Shown: positions 1-14,686 of the stretch, piece by piece
Position numbering within the stretch: position 1 is the first letter of the stretch
Layout: every line of letters begins with the position of its first letter
Assembly (NCBI RefSeq): GCF_000150275.1
Contig: NW_002060944.1
Coordinates: 3,076,152-3,140,151 of the forward strand
Reading direction: 5' to 3'
DNA from: Trichoplax adhaerens
Lineage: Eukaryota > Animalia > Placozoa
Length of the DNA stretch: 64,000 nt
Made by a program: the position numbers and the translations under genes
Notes under the pieces: model-generated
Told to the model about the DNA's origin: nothing
Database searches by the model: none
The model's input: the letters and a program-made list of their open reading frames with translations, nothing else

Positions 1-720
1 TTAATGAATGGGTTTACTCATTTAGACCAAGATAAACCTTGGCAAGCTATAGAAAATGTACTAACATTGCTTTAACAGTACAAGATTTTCCTTATCGATC
101 GATTTAGCTGATACAACATAGTTCATACAGATCGCCCTGTTAAAATACAGTTTTAATAACCGAATTATACCTTGTATGCAAGCATTAAAACATTTCACAA
201 ACGATAAGAAGGCTTAAATTTTCGTCAATTCAAGTAAATTCAAAAGTAAGACTTCTTGGAATTTAGCCTATGTAGTCTAATTGGCTTTTACAAAGACCTA
301 GTTTTCATCATTTAAATTCTACGTGAAATGTCATTAATTCTTGGAAGAGAAAATAGTTTACCGCAATTTCAGGGCGTGTTGCTCTATATATTTATCGGAA
401 TTCGTAGTTATTAAGAACTTTATTGAGTCTACAGTCGATATAAGATAAAAAATCATTCTTCACTCATCGTAAGCGGAAGAACATTATCGTTATTTTAGCA
501 TGGTATCAGATCTTGCAAAGAAGTTACAAATTATCATAAAGTTAGAAATAGGTTTTACAATCGGTAATTACAATACGCTATTTGTACGAGATATTATAGC
601 AATCGCGTTATGGGCATGCATATTTTCCCTGTTGTAATGTGATCATCTCATCTAAGGTAGAATAACAAATCATGAACTCCCCTTTCAGGGCTAAGGTGAT
701 CGATTTATATATGTTTAGAA
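1..720 (+). repeat. Near-identical copy of 10928-~11650 (upstream regions of paralogs A and B)
   Basis: By eye, base 1 aligns to 10928 with no difference for ~536 bp, then scattered substitutions. Confidence 0.9.
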
Positions 721-1513
721 TACCTAAGTAGATGACTGGGAAAATTTTGATATATCAATCTCAGTCTGCATTACTGCATACTGGTACATGTTTTCTTTGC
801 GAATTAAAGAATGAATTTACCCCCTTTAGACTAATATAAAGCTTCATAAGTCATTGAAAATGAACTAATATAAAAAGCCAACGCTTTTACCATTTCAAAT
901 TTTGTTTCATCGATCCATTATAACTGATATAACACGCTTCACGTACATCAATATATAACATGGATTTAATTATAAGTTATACATTGTAGACAGGTTTTAA
1001 ATTTTACAAACCATAGAAAGGCTTGAGTGATTCAACAATCCACACAAGGTCAAAAGGTATGTCTTATTAAATTCTACACTTTTTAGACTTGTCGATTGTT
1101 ATAACGCCTTGTTTATTAACAATTAAATTTTACGCATAATATCTATTAATTTTTGTAAGAAAAAATATTCTATCGCATTTTTAGAGTATGTTGCTTATCT
1201 ACCTTTTATTGCTATTTAATTCGTGTATCTACTGTATATTCGAGTTAGCATCCCATTTCTTATACTTCATCTACCACAAATAGCCTTTTTTTATGAGTTA
1301 TTTCTTAATTGATCCTCATCAGCATGTACAATCTGAATAAGTTAAAAGTTACTTTTTGCCACCCTAACTATACATTTATGTTGTTATTTTCCCCAATAGC
1401 TGTAAATTATAGCAGAACTCGATTTATCTTAAATACATTATCACAATATAAGTGAAGTAGTTTAATCACATTAATCGATACGTGACTACAGAGAAGGAAA
1501 ATTTTTCACCGAG

Positions 1514-4500
1514 ATGCTTCTTCATTCTCCATACGTTTGCACGGAATTGACAATTTTAATATTTGCGTTTGGTTGGATTTCAATCAATGGTAAGTTTACT
1601 CTAGTTTAGGTAATAATATATCAACGATAGTCACATATGACTATGATATTGGCGTTAAAGATTAAAAATCAACTAAATTATTGCTCAAAGTAAAGTATTA
1701 GAAATATTTTCGCATCACATAACAAAATAAGCATACTATGTTCTATTTTGATTATTGCAAAGCAAATCAGAAAGATAGTGTATTTCAAGAAATTTACCTG
1801 TCCTTATTCTATACTTGCATAACTCATGACTATAACATTTTATTCACGCTATAATATCGTACTGGTATATCTAGGTAGAGCAGTACCTATGGAAGTCAAT
1901 TTAAATTGTAACTTTGAGACGAACTTTTGCCAATGGGAAAATAGCCGGCATTTAGATTCTAAATTTGCATGGGTGAGGAATAAGAGCGAAACTATCACGC
2001 CTAAAACTGGTCCGAGTTACGATCATACCTATCAAAATCCACGCTGTAAGAGAAACTATATATTATATTTTAATATCTCTTAAATAGTTTTCCTTATCAA
2101 TCTGATAACAGTTTGCTATTAACATTATATTGAAAGTGTTTTCTCTTGGAAATAATTTTGTTAAAGATGGCTATTATGCGTATCTTGAAACATCTAATCC
2201 ATTATACGATAACGCTACTTTGGAAAGTCCTATAATTCGTAGTAATGATAGCCATTGTCTGCGATTTTGGTATAATATGAATGGAGCAAATACTAATCGA
2301 CTACAAGTTGTATCATTCACTTCGGAAATATTATGGTCAAAAGAGGGTAATAAAGGCAACATTTGGCTATTAGCTGAAGTGGATATATCATTAAGAGCAC
2401 AAGAGTATAAAGTGAGTTAAGTTTGTTATCAGCTTATTGAGAATACTAATTATTGTTGAATTAAAGATCGTAGAGCTTTTCCCTAGATTTGCTTTATGCT
2501 TCACATTGGTTTTATTATATTCTTTAGATATTGATCACTGGGCACACTGGAGATAGCTATATAGCAGATATTGCTATCGACGATATTACGTGGGATAAAG
2601 GATTGTGCGAACATACAGGTATTCCAAGCAATTAATAATTATAATTTGCAAGATAATAGGGTATTCCAACATATTACGGTTTGCATGATATACTGTTGGC
2701 GTTACCATATATATAATAAAAAATCTAATTTCCTTAGATTGTATATCTCAAGCTGTTCTTTCTTTATTCTCTCGTATATTTTTGTAATTTAGATAAGTTT
2801 TCATAAGGTATCTCATACTAAAAATGTTAGCAACTTCAGAAATTTTGATCATTAAGCATATCGTAATTACCAACATAAAATCTAAACTTGGACATTACTA
2901 TAGCGAAAATTAAAAATTTAGTAATATTAGATAAATTTACGTTTTTAGCAGATGACATTCGTAACTTTCTCTAATAACTTGATTTTCTATTTGTTTGTTA
3001 AATGTGACAATATTTTACAATACGACTTTAGATCCAATAAAGATTTTTATGGTGATTGTATAATTTTTATGACATCATTTAAGCATTTATTGCGTAATTG
3101 TTTGCTACATTATTTTTAAGCCAATTTTCTTCGTTGCTGAAATGATTACGGAAGGTCTCAAATAAACATTGAGTCTAATGTAATTTTAATGTAATTAGAA
3201 TAGCATCATCGGCAGCATTATTAATATATATTCTAAATATTACAGAATATGACAGTTTAAAGTGCGATTTTGAATCGGGTTACTGCGGCTGGACTAATGT
3301 TGGCTTTGATAATTTTGATTGGACTCGAAAATCTGGTTCAACCTATAGTAGTAACACAGGACCTGATCATGATCATACCTTGCAAACACCATATGGTATG
3401 TATATATACAAACACGTAGTATGATGCGAAAAAAATGTTATATTTTCAGACTATTTCAAGATAAAATATCTGTATGAAATATAAAGAGCTTTAATGGATC
3501 GATATTTTATATATTAACTAATTAAACTTGTGGAAAATTCAAAATATAGGTCATTATGCATATATGGAAGCTTCTTACAGACAAATTGGAGAGAAAGTTG
3601 TACTAATCAGCAGAGTTCTGAATAGTGAACGACCTATATGCTTTTCAATTTGGTATCACATGTATGGCAAACAAATTGGTAAATTATTAATCAAAGTCGT
3701 AACCAAAAATTCAATGGAAGTATTATGGGCAAAAGAAGGTAGTCAAGGTCGAAAGTGGAAAGATGCAAAGATCAATATAACGAGTATTCCACGAGACTAT
3801 CAAGTAATGCATCATATAAATTTAAATATATCCATATATAAAAATATTATTATGCATGAGAGCTACTTTTTCTGCATAGTTAGTTGCATTAATATGGTGA
3901 AATTCTGCAAGTGCAAGTATATGTCGTTGTTTACTTGATGAATTATAACAGTATTATTCTCTATATTAGAAATTAGGTGTACTTCTACTTCAACATAAAC
4001 TAAACACAATATCGCTTATAGCCTTTTTGAATTGTTATGCATATTTACTTACATTCAGTGCTGCATTATAAAAATTTGATGATAATTACCTTATCTAAGC
4101 GTTTATTAGTTTGTAGGAAGAGCTGTCTATTTGATGTACTTTCGCCATACTACTGTTATGTCATTAAATATCATTAGTATGAAGTAGTAATTTTACAAAC
4201 TATCAAATATTAGATGAATATCAGTTCTATTGATCTTATATTAATAGTATTGTACAGTGTACATGTTAATACTCTCTATTACATACAATAGAAAAAGCGG
4301 AAAGGATCGGATACAGCTTTGCATTTATCACTACAAATTTACAATAAAATTACGACAGTTATTCTATCAAAAGAAAGATTTTGCTTTTGTTACAGAGAAT
4401 TCGTAATGAATTCTGGTTTATTTAGTAAACTTTGAAACAGTAGAAACTCAAATTATAATTATAATTCACATTCTAATTGTAGATTCATATCGTAGCCATT

Positions 4501-7500
4501 CGAGGCCTCGACTGGTCGAGTGATATTGCAATTGATGATATTAATATACATGAGGGAAGTTGTGGTTAGTATCTATAACACTTACAAATCGTGTAAAACT
4601 GAATGATTTAAATATAATTGATAGAATAATATACTGAATCATTCTCCAGGCGCCCATCCATGTGATCCAAATCCTTGCAAGAATGGTCGTTGTCAGACGC
4701 TTAGCTCTATTAACTATATATGTGATTGCTGGACAGGATATGAAGGGAAACACTGCGAAGCCGGTTAGTATTAAAATGTACGAGCGTCATTTAAAATTCG
4801 AGTATTTAGTAATACCATTTTTGGATGTTACAATTTCATAATCATTTCTCTTATCTCAGCAAAAAGATATAAAGCATGCGAAAGTAATCCTTGCATATCT
4901 GGTACTTGTGTAAATTTGGCTAATGGAAGGCAATATAAATGTCAATGCTCTACTGGCTTTACTGGAAATCAGTGCTCACAAAGTAATGCTCGTACATATA
5001 CAAAATCTTACTAATTTAGAACTCACAGTCAGATAAAGTACAAATTTATCTGCAAAGCTTTAGTTATAGAGGGCTAGTATTTAACAAATCGATACTAGAG
5101 TATGTTAAAAAATCTTCTGCGCTTATTGAAATTCACAAGAGCAACACTTGTCATCGAAATTAAGTTAGTAATTACATAGTATTTGTGAGTTTGTAATTAT
5201 CTATATTACTAATGCTTTAGAGTCTGGTATCATTTATTTGAATAGCTCTTACAAAAGTATGATATTAATCTTTAGGATTTTTTTCATTACGTGATATCTC
5301 TATAACATTGCTATAGAAACCAAAATAATAAGACAATGGATATGCAATCATGAAGATTTTATTTAAGTCGTAGTCAAGCTAGTATTACCGCTATAGTATC
5401 CAGTTAAGAGCAATAAAATAAGCGACATTAAATATTCAGTTACTGTACCGCAACTGCAGTAAAGCTATAGCAAGCGCTGTATGAATAATTTTTCTATCGT
5501 AAACGTTTCAATTACTGAATTATTAATAATCGTTATTTAGAATACATTGAAAGAACCTTGAAGTTAATGCTTATCGGCAACTACAGCTCAGTAAGAAAGG
5601 TTTTGACATTTCTTTTACAGTTTCTAACTGGACGTGCGATTTTAAAAGAGATCTCTGCTCATGGGAGCAAAGTCATTTAGACTCATTAGATTGGAAATTC
5701 GTTAACCATAAAAATCGAGGTGAGTTAAGTCAGATCGAAATTAGATTCTGTATAATACGAGATAATACGAGTAAGTCGCGGACGGGCTATAAAATGACTT
5801 TCAATCTAATACGACTGGCTTAGAATTTGAGGTCGAGATAGAGAAATATTTTTATAAGTATAAAATATATTATACCGATGCAGAAGGTATGATAATATTA
5901 ACTCCCTACCATTTAATAATGTTTAAGAATAGTGTATGGATATTTTACAGAAGAGTGAGATGGTCTTACTCCTGCTGCAGTCTGCGAGTATTATACTAAA
6001 AATGTGATTTTTCTGCTTTTAATGTGCTCTTTGCAGCAAATAGATACTTAAGTTTGCTAAATAGAGATGGCAATAATGGCTTTGGTACTATCAAGAGTCC
6101 ACTTTTGCAAGGCAATGATTATCTGTGCCTTAAAATTTCCTATCTTATTGTCGGTAATACGACATCATTGTCGATAACTACTTCCTTTAATGACAAAATC
6201 TGGTCTAAAGACGGTAGAAGGCTAACTACATGGCGTAAAGCAGCAATTACAATCGATAAATTAGATCGATATACTCCGTTTAGGGTATTACTGCTAACTG
6301 TTTTACATTTCTTAAGTATATTTAAGAATTATCGGAATCTTGAGCTCATTCAGAATTTAAATCGAAAATTTTTTCGCTATAGATTTATATTACCGCATCT
6401 CATCGAGGAGGAAGTGGAGAGATCGCACTTGATGATATTCAACTGGTTCCGGGCAAATGCCGTAAGTGAGACTAACGATATTTTCTCAAATTTCAAGCTC
6501 CGATTACTACCTAAAATCATGAATGACATTAGTTATTTAAGAGAAACACGAAAGTAAATTTAAACTCTGTTAAACCACTAAAGTATAAAAAGTGACCCAC
6601 AATTTTCTATTTTATTATGTTTATTTGGATAAATATAATGACATAGCGGCAATCTGGGATTATGAAGGTAAACTAAGAGCATCAGATTGATAAATAATCT
6701 AATAAATAATAATTACTATAGAAAATGGAATAAGAAGTTAGCTGATTTCCATTTATCGTATGATTGAAACCACTATTAATTTTGAAACTTTATGAATTAT
6801 AAAACTACTTATATATTTATTTCATTGCTAACTTGTCTAATAATAATATTATAATCGATTTCATATACGTACTACGGGAATTTGTAGCTAACTTAGATTG
6901 CAACTTTGAAGACGACTTCTGTACTTGGAATAATGCCTTCTTCGATGATTTTAATTGGAAAAGAAGGACTGGTTCTGTAATAAATACCTCCGCTGAAGAT
7001 ACAAAGAGTAATACATCGCATCCAGGTACCTTAGTTGTATCATCGAAAATTATTTAATTTGATATATGAGTATATTCAAATGTTTAATCTGTAAGTGTTG
7101 AATTCTGTTAAGCTACCCACAAAATTACACATATAAATATTGTTACTGATTATCGTAACCAAAATGAAACTGAAGTCCTTATTTTATTACCAGACTATTA
7201 CGCTTTCATCGATGGTATCACCAATATGGAAACTAAATGTGCAGTATTAGTCAGTCCAGACATGAAAAGTAGCGGTAATCGATTTGAACTTACTTTCTTC
7301 TATTATCTGTATGCCTATGTTGGTGGAACATTATCAATCTCGACGACATACAACGGTGTAATTTGGACTAAAAGTAGTTGTCAAAACTCTCGTTGGTTCA
7401 GTGAAAAAATACTTATTAATGTTCCCAAAGGACTAGAATTTCAAGTAAGCTTATTTCCTCACTGCATTATAAATATACAAGTACAGTGTTAGTATGCCGT

Positions 7501-8819
7501 ATCACAGCGAAAGGTAATGTTTATATCCAGAAGAGCAATTGGAAAATAATATCGTTATGGGATATATCGTTACTAGACTGTTTAAGTACTATACTTTATT
7601 ATTATTGTTATTTTATCGTTAATTATGTAATTTAAATATTATCATATTGCAATTAGTTTTATGATAGTGTTGGTGAGGGTACCTAGTTCATAAAATGTTG
7701 CTGAGAGATTAGTTAAGTATATCTGTACATTCTTATTCAGATCCATATTTCGGCCACTGCGGGCTATACAAACTTAGCTATTGATGATATCGTCTGGAGA
7801 AAAGATCAACGTAAGTACGGTAATGTCATTTATCGTATCCATTCAGTAATTCAACTTTAGATACAAGTAACTAATCTTGATTGATATTTTACTGTAAATC
7901 TGTTTTTCCAAGATCGATTCATTTCTTATGTGTCCATTATAATTAATTACAACCAATAATGTTAGATGCAGAAGAAATTCAACCAATTCAAGCGATACGC
8001 AATCATCCAAGATGTGGCATAACCAACTCTCGTATACCTCGTATTGTCGGCGGCAACACTACTTCTCCTCATAGTGTTCCATGGCAAGCATTATTGAATA
8101 TGTTTCATACATCAGGGGGTATTTTTCGTAAAACAACCTGCGGTGGCTCACTAATTAATGAAAATTGGGTTATTACAGCTAGTCATTGTGTATCAAATAA
8201 GCCGATTCTAGTTACGGTTGAACTTGGACGGCATAATATTACAGCAAAAGAAACCTATACTAAACAAATAAGAACAGCTAAGTCAATCTTTCGACATCCC
8301 ATATCTCAACATAAAGATTCCTATTCAGATATTAAAGATCTGGACGGTGATATTGCTTTAATTAAACTAAGTGCACCCGTAACTATTAATAATTTTGTGC
8401 GTCCAATATGTTTACCAGCAGCTAATGATACATTTAATAAATTTAACTTATGTAAAGTTTCTGGTTGGGGTAGAACAGCTGGCCAACAGAGTCACATCTT
8501 ACGTTATGCCAATCTACCTATCTTAAATCGGAAACTTTGTAATAGCACCTTTTCTTATGATGGTCAAATTACCTCTAACATGCTATGTGCTGGTTATATG
8601 CAAGGCTATACCGGTGCTTGCTTTGGGGATAGCGGCGGTCCAATGTCATGTCGCCATCGTCCAAATGCGGTCCTATCGGGATATTCAAACCGATGGTATT
8701 TAGCTGGTGTTGTTAGTGGTGGACGGAGTTGCGGCCGAAAACATTATCCTAGTGTTTATGCAAACGTGACTGCAGCACCCATTTATAGATGGCTATTAAA
8801 CATATTAGGAAATAATTAA
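1514..8819 (+). CDS. Secreted MAM-MAM-EGF-EGF-MAM-MAM-S1A serine protease (paralog A, intact, 16 exons)
   Basis: Hand-spliced GT-AG exons in continuous frame: 1514-1589 ([26 protein letters not shown], signal-peptide-like), 1875-2045, 2167-2411, 2528-2618 (MAM1: CNFE..CQW..GPSYDHT..IAIDDI..C), 3246-3395, 3550-3803, 4483-4564 (MAM2), 4650-4763 and 4860-4982 (EGF: [23 protein letters not shown]; [23 protein letters not shown]), 5621-5719, 6037-6284, 6383-6461 (MAM3), 6888-7025, 7194-7444, 7741-7810 (MAM4), 7966-8819 (RCG..PR/IVGG, TASHC, DIAL, GDSGGP catalytic triad). Confidence 0.9.
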
Positions 8820-10605
8820 TAAATTGTGATAATGTGTCCGAAAATAAATGTTGATATGTAGACATTTCATTTTCTAAATTTATATTACACATTGTGCTTC
8901 ATCTCTGTTTATTTCCATCCTATAATTGGTAAGAGATAAATGAAAATATTTGTTTCTAATTCATTAATACCAATCGTGACTGCTAGCAATGTCTGATTTC
9001 TTTTCTTGACTACAAATAAATGATAGAAATACCGTAGGAATTTTGTACTGTAAGAGCTAAAGGAACATAATAAAATAATTTCCTTCATCAATTTCACATC
9101 TATCGAAAAAATTTAAAAATTTTTTTAGCTTACATGAAATGCGTTTACGGATCAAGCTTGCGTAAGATTCTATTAGTATTGAAAAATGTTATAGTGCCCT
9201 TATATATTTGTGGCTGGCCAGTGTATAGTCCTTACAAAAATACAAGTACATAATCATAATGCAATAATACGAATAGAATGGAGTTCATTTTCAATCTTTG
9301 TGCTTTACCGTCTGTCTCATTCTATCGAGTTTTTCCTGGTGTAACTAGTAAGATTGCATTCAGCTTTCGTTCCAGAAATGGCATTTGGGGCAATTTTGGA
9401 TCGAATGTATTACTTATTTGTTAGGTGTATAATTGCACTAGAGATTAAAACAAATTCTCATGAACTTCCTTCTTAAATATGAACCGTTAAAATTAAAGTT
9501 GTAATCAAGTATCTATTCCCCTATTTTCGCATCTTTAAGAAAATAGTCAGAGCTGCACCAAATAGCAATGCTTAAATTAGATTGGTTAGTCGATTCCAAA
9601 CCCAAGTTCAGACCCGAGATTTTGCGCGTAATAATTGGATTAATTTTAAGTAATGGCTTTAGTCTGTTGTCACTATTAATACTTTGGTATTCTTAAGAGC
9701 TGTATTAAAATGATGTTAATAGGAGATGATATAGCGTTTGATGAATCTTAAATTAGATATCATTTGGTGTATTTGAGATATTTCAATTTCAATGTTAATT
9801 ACTACGATGTCGAGTAAGATATGAAAATTATATTTACTTCTACTCTATTTATTACAGAATTTCAGGAAGTGGACTGCATAAAATCGACAAATCATAGAAA
9901 TGGACTAGTTTCAATCATAGAATACTCTGAATAAATCATCTTATTTTAAAATTTAAAGAATTTTCTGTGATTATGTGTCTAGAAGTCTCATACTAATTGT
10001 TGGAAGACATATATAGAATTAATCCGCTCGCATATATAGTATTGCACATTACTTGTTTTGGTAGGGTATGCTACCATAGATAATTGTATTTTGTACACAT
10101 GTTAACATATTTACAAATTGTTACTATCAATCCCAGTCGTTTATTAGCCATTTCTTGTAAATAACTGGTCTACTTCATTTGTGCTGCTCATTGCAAGACA
10201 AAACAAACAGAAATAGCTTTAACAATTATGTAGCTATAGCCCTAGGATGCCTAAAATTGACTTAGACATTCTTTAAGATTATCTATTTCTAAGGATTGAT
10301 AGTAAAATTATGATTCACTTATCGTAATTAGTTTATTATCACAAAATATAACAAGTAAGATAAAATAAGGATAAGCTGAGAAAAACTACGTATAATCATA
10401 ATATTTGCAACCTTATACATTTACCGGAATATAATATCATAAAATCTATAGATAATTGAGCGGATACGAATTAGGGATATCCTCTAATTCTATGATATAT
10501 TTTAGTTACAGTAGATAATATCTTAGCATAACATTATTATACTAATAAACAGCACATTATTAATTATAGTACACACTATAGAATGAGCATTATCGTAATC
10601 TTAAC

Positions 10606-11700
10606 ATGGTGCCAGATCTTGCTGAGAAGTTGTATATTTTCATAAAGTTTGGAAATGAGCTTTACTATAAACGAATACAATGGGCTATTTGTATGAGATC
10701 TAGTAGTCTTCATCACTTTATAAGCATGAATATTTACCCTCTTGTAATGAGATCATTTCTTCTAGACAGAATAATAAATTATTAACCTCTAATATTAAAG
10801 CTAATATGATAGACTTGTGTGTTTAGAACACCCAGGTAGTAAGCTGATGACTGGGGGAAAATTGAATCTCGGTACGGTAAGCTTTATTTTATATAGATAG
10901 TGCGTGTTTTTCTTATCGTGAATTAAATTAATGAATGGGTTTACTCATTTAGACCAAGATAAACCTTGGCAAGCTATAGAAAATGTACTAACATTGCTTT
11001 AACAGTACAAGATTTTCCTTATCGATCGATTTAGCTGATACAACATAGTTCATACAGATCGCCCTGTTAAAATACAGTTTTAATAACCGAATTATACCTT
11101 GTATGCAAGCATTAAAACATTTCACAAACGATAAGAAGGCTTAAATTTTCGTCAATTCAAGTAAATTCAAAAGTAAGACTTCTTGGAATTTAGCCTATGT
11201 AGTCTAATTGGCTTTTACAAAGACCTAGTTTTCATCATTTAAATTCTACGTGAAATGTCATTAATTCTTGGAAGAGAAAATAGTTTACCGCAATTTCAGG
11301 GCGTGTTGCTCTATATATTTATCGGAATTCGTAGTTATTAAGAACTTTATTGAGTCTACAGTCGATATAAGATAAAAAATCATTCTTCACTCATCGTAAG
11401 CGGAAGAACATTATCGTTATTTTAGCATGGTATCAGATCTTGCAAAGAAGTTACAAATTATCAAAAAGTTAGAAATAGGTTTTACAATCGGTAATTATAA
11501 TGCGCTTTTTGTACGAGATATTATAGCAATCACGTTATGGGCATGCATATTTTCCCTGTTGTAATGTGATTATCTCATCTAAGATAGAATAACAAATCAT
11601 GAACTCCCCTTTCAGGGCTAAGGTGATCGATTTATATGTTTAGAACGCCTAAGTAGCGAGTAGATGACTGGGAAAATTTGATATATCAATCTCAGTCTGC
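10606..11700 (+). repeat. Two copies of a degenerate ~270-bp upstream module (further copies near 500, 22548, 23815, 24375, 25127, 33862, 34340, 38995)
   Basis: Recurring core ATGGT..CAGATCTTGC..AGAAGTT..CATAAAGTT..GCTATTTGTA..TGTAATGAGATCAT..AGATAGAATAATAAATCATGAACTC..TGTTTAGAACAC..TGA(C/T)TGG..CTCAGTCTGC. Confidence 0.8.
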
Positions 11701-14686
11701 TTTCTTCGTATCATACATAGATTACACATATTTTTCTTTTCGAAATTAATGAATGAATGACCTTTCTAGGCTAATTTGAACCTTCAATAGCCATTAAAAT
11801 TGTACTAATACGTATAAAAGCCAACACATTTCACCGTCGTAAGTTTCGTTTCATCGATCCATTTCAACTGATATTATGCAGTTCACCTACATCGATATAC
11901 GAGTAAAATATAGATTTAATTATCAAATTATACATTGTATATAGGCATCAAAAATTTTACAAACCGCACAAAGGCTTAAAAAAATTTATCAGTCCAAGTA
12001 AAAGTCAAAGATGAGTCTTATTAAAATCTACACTATCTAGACTTGTCGGTTATACAGAGCTATACTGGGACTAATCAAATTATGAGCATAGTGTCTGTTG
12101 ATTTTTAGAAGAAAGAGATAATCTATCATATTTTTAGAGTATTAATATTACTTATGTATTCTTGATTGCTATTCTATTCGTGTATTGATCGAATTATTAT
12201 CCCACTATTAATACTTTGTCTACAATAAATAGCTTTTAGGAATCATTTCTTAATTGGTTTTCATTACCATATGGAATCCAGAATAAATTAAATATTACTT
12301 TTGCTACTCTAACTATACATTTATTTTATTTTCCCCAATATTTATACCCCGTAGCGGAACTCGATTCATCTTAAGCATATTATCGTAATATATGTTAAGT
12401 AGCAAATCAGATCAATTGACACTTGACTACAAAGAGATAAAATTTTTCACCGAGATGCTTCGTCGTTCACCTTATTATTACATGGATTTTCACAATTTTA
12501 GTATTTGTATTTGGTTGGACTTCAATTAGGGGTCAGTTAATTCTAGTTTAAGTAATAATATGTCAACAATAGTCACATATGGCAGTAATATTCAAATTAA
12601 AGGTAAAAAAAAATCAGCCAAATTATTGCTCAAAATAAACTATTAGAGATATCTTTACATGACCAGAACAAAATCAGTACATTATGCTCTATTTCGATTA
12701 TTGCAATGCAGGTCAGAAAGATGGTATATTATAAGAAATTTACCTGTCTTCTATACTCGTATAGATCATGATTGTACATTTTGTTAGCACTATAATATCG
12801 TACTGATATATGTAGGTGGAGCAGTATCTACAGAAATCGATACAAGTTGCAATTTGAGAGGAATTTCTGCCAATGGGAAAATAGCCGCCCTTTAGGTTTT
12901 AAATTTGCATGGATTAGAAATAAGGGCGAAACTATCATGCCCAAAACTGGTCTAAGTTACTATCATACTTATCAAAATCCTCACTGTAAGAGAAATTATA
13001 TCTCTAAATATCTCTCAAACAGTTTCCATTTAGAACTTATAGAAAGTTTCACAGCACCAAAAATTTCTTTTAATGTTTACTGTTGACATTTCATTGAAAG
13101 TATTTTCTCTTGGAAATAATTTTAAAGATGGCCATTACGCGTATCTTGAGGCATCTAATCCATTGTACGATAACATTATTTTAAGAGCCCTGTAATTCGT
13201 AACAAAGATAGTCATTGTCTGCGATTTTGGTATAATATGAATGGAGCAGACGTCAGTCGACTACAAGTTGTATCATCCACATTGAAATATTATGGTCAAA
13301 AGAAGGTAATTATGGTAATATTTGGCTATTAGCTGAAGTGGATATATATTATTAAGGGTACAAGAATATAGAGCAAGTCAAACGTATTATTGGCAATGTG
13401 AAATTTATAAAATTCTAGTATACGTAAATACTTTTGTTCTTTTATAATCAGATAACTAATTGACAAATATAATTTATAATATTCCTTTTACGGTAGTATC
13501 TCCAGTACATAAAATTGCAGAATATATACGTTTGCATAATATTATATCATCTTATCAAGAATACTAGTTATTGTTGCATTGGTGATCGTATAGCTTTTCC
13601 TGTAGATATAAGTCATGTTTCATGTTAACTTTATTATGTTTTGTAGATATCAATTGCTGGATACGCCGGAGAAAGCTATGAAGCAGATATTGATATTGAC
13701 AACATTACGTAGAAAAAAGGATTGTGCAAAAATACAGGTAATTCAAATCATTAATAACAAGACAATAAGATATCTTAGCACACTGCATTGTATGCGATAT
13801 ACAGCACCTTCAATTCTAATATATATGAAATAAGAAGTTCAGCTTCCTAAGATTATATATCTCAATCTATTCTCTTTATTATCTCATAAATTTATATAAT
13901 CAAGACAGATTTTAGCTAGATATCTCATGCTAAGCTATCCAGGAAGTCTAAAAATTTAATTAAAATTTCGTAATTACCAATATGAAATCTAAAGTTAGAT
14001 TTTACCATAGTGAAAATTTAAAATTAGTAATAAACGTAAGTAAAACTGCATTTTTAGTATGTAACATTAGCAATTTTCTCTTATACTTAATTTACTATTT
14101 ATTGGGCAAATGTAGTAATCTTTCATGATACCACTTTAGACCCAATAAAGATTAGTGCAGTTGCCATTATGCAATTTTCATATTAATTCTTCGCTCATAA
14201 AATGATTCTGCAAGATCTTAACAATACTTTGAGTCTAACGTAATTTAATGTGAATAGAGAAGCGTCATCGGCTGTGTTATTAATAGATATGCTTTAAATA
14301 TTGCAAAGTTTGATACTTCAAAGTACGATTTTGAATCGGTTACTGCGGCTGGACTAACGTTGGTTTTGATAATTTTAATTGGATTCGAAAATCTGGTTCA
14401 ACTTATAGTACTAATACAGAACCTGATTATGATCATACTTTGCAAACGTCATAAGGTATGCATACTGACTCTTGCTGATGCAAAAATTTTTATAATTTCT
14501 GGGTATTTCAAAGTTAGTATATTTATGTAAAATATAAAGGGCTTTAATGAATTGACATTTTATACATTAATGAGCTAAATTTGTAAAAAATTCAAAATAT
14601 AGGGCTTCATGCGTATATGGAGGCTTCTTATACTGTAGACTAGCTGGAGAGAAAGCTGTGCTAGTCAGCAGAGTTCTGAATAATAA

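Noticed and set aside
1826-7492. ORF-track entries treated as separate small genes
   Set aside because: They are exons of paralog A read through into introns. The same applies to the equivalent ORFs in B, C, E and F.
1514-8819. Calling the proteases enteropeptidase (TMPRSS15) or meprin
   Set aside because: There are no SEA, LDLa, CUB, SRCR or astacin domains. Only the MAM domain (plus the S1A domain for enteropeptidase) is shared, so no symbol was assigned.
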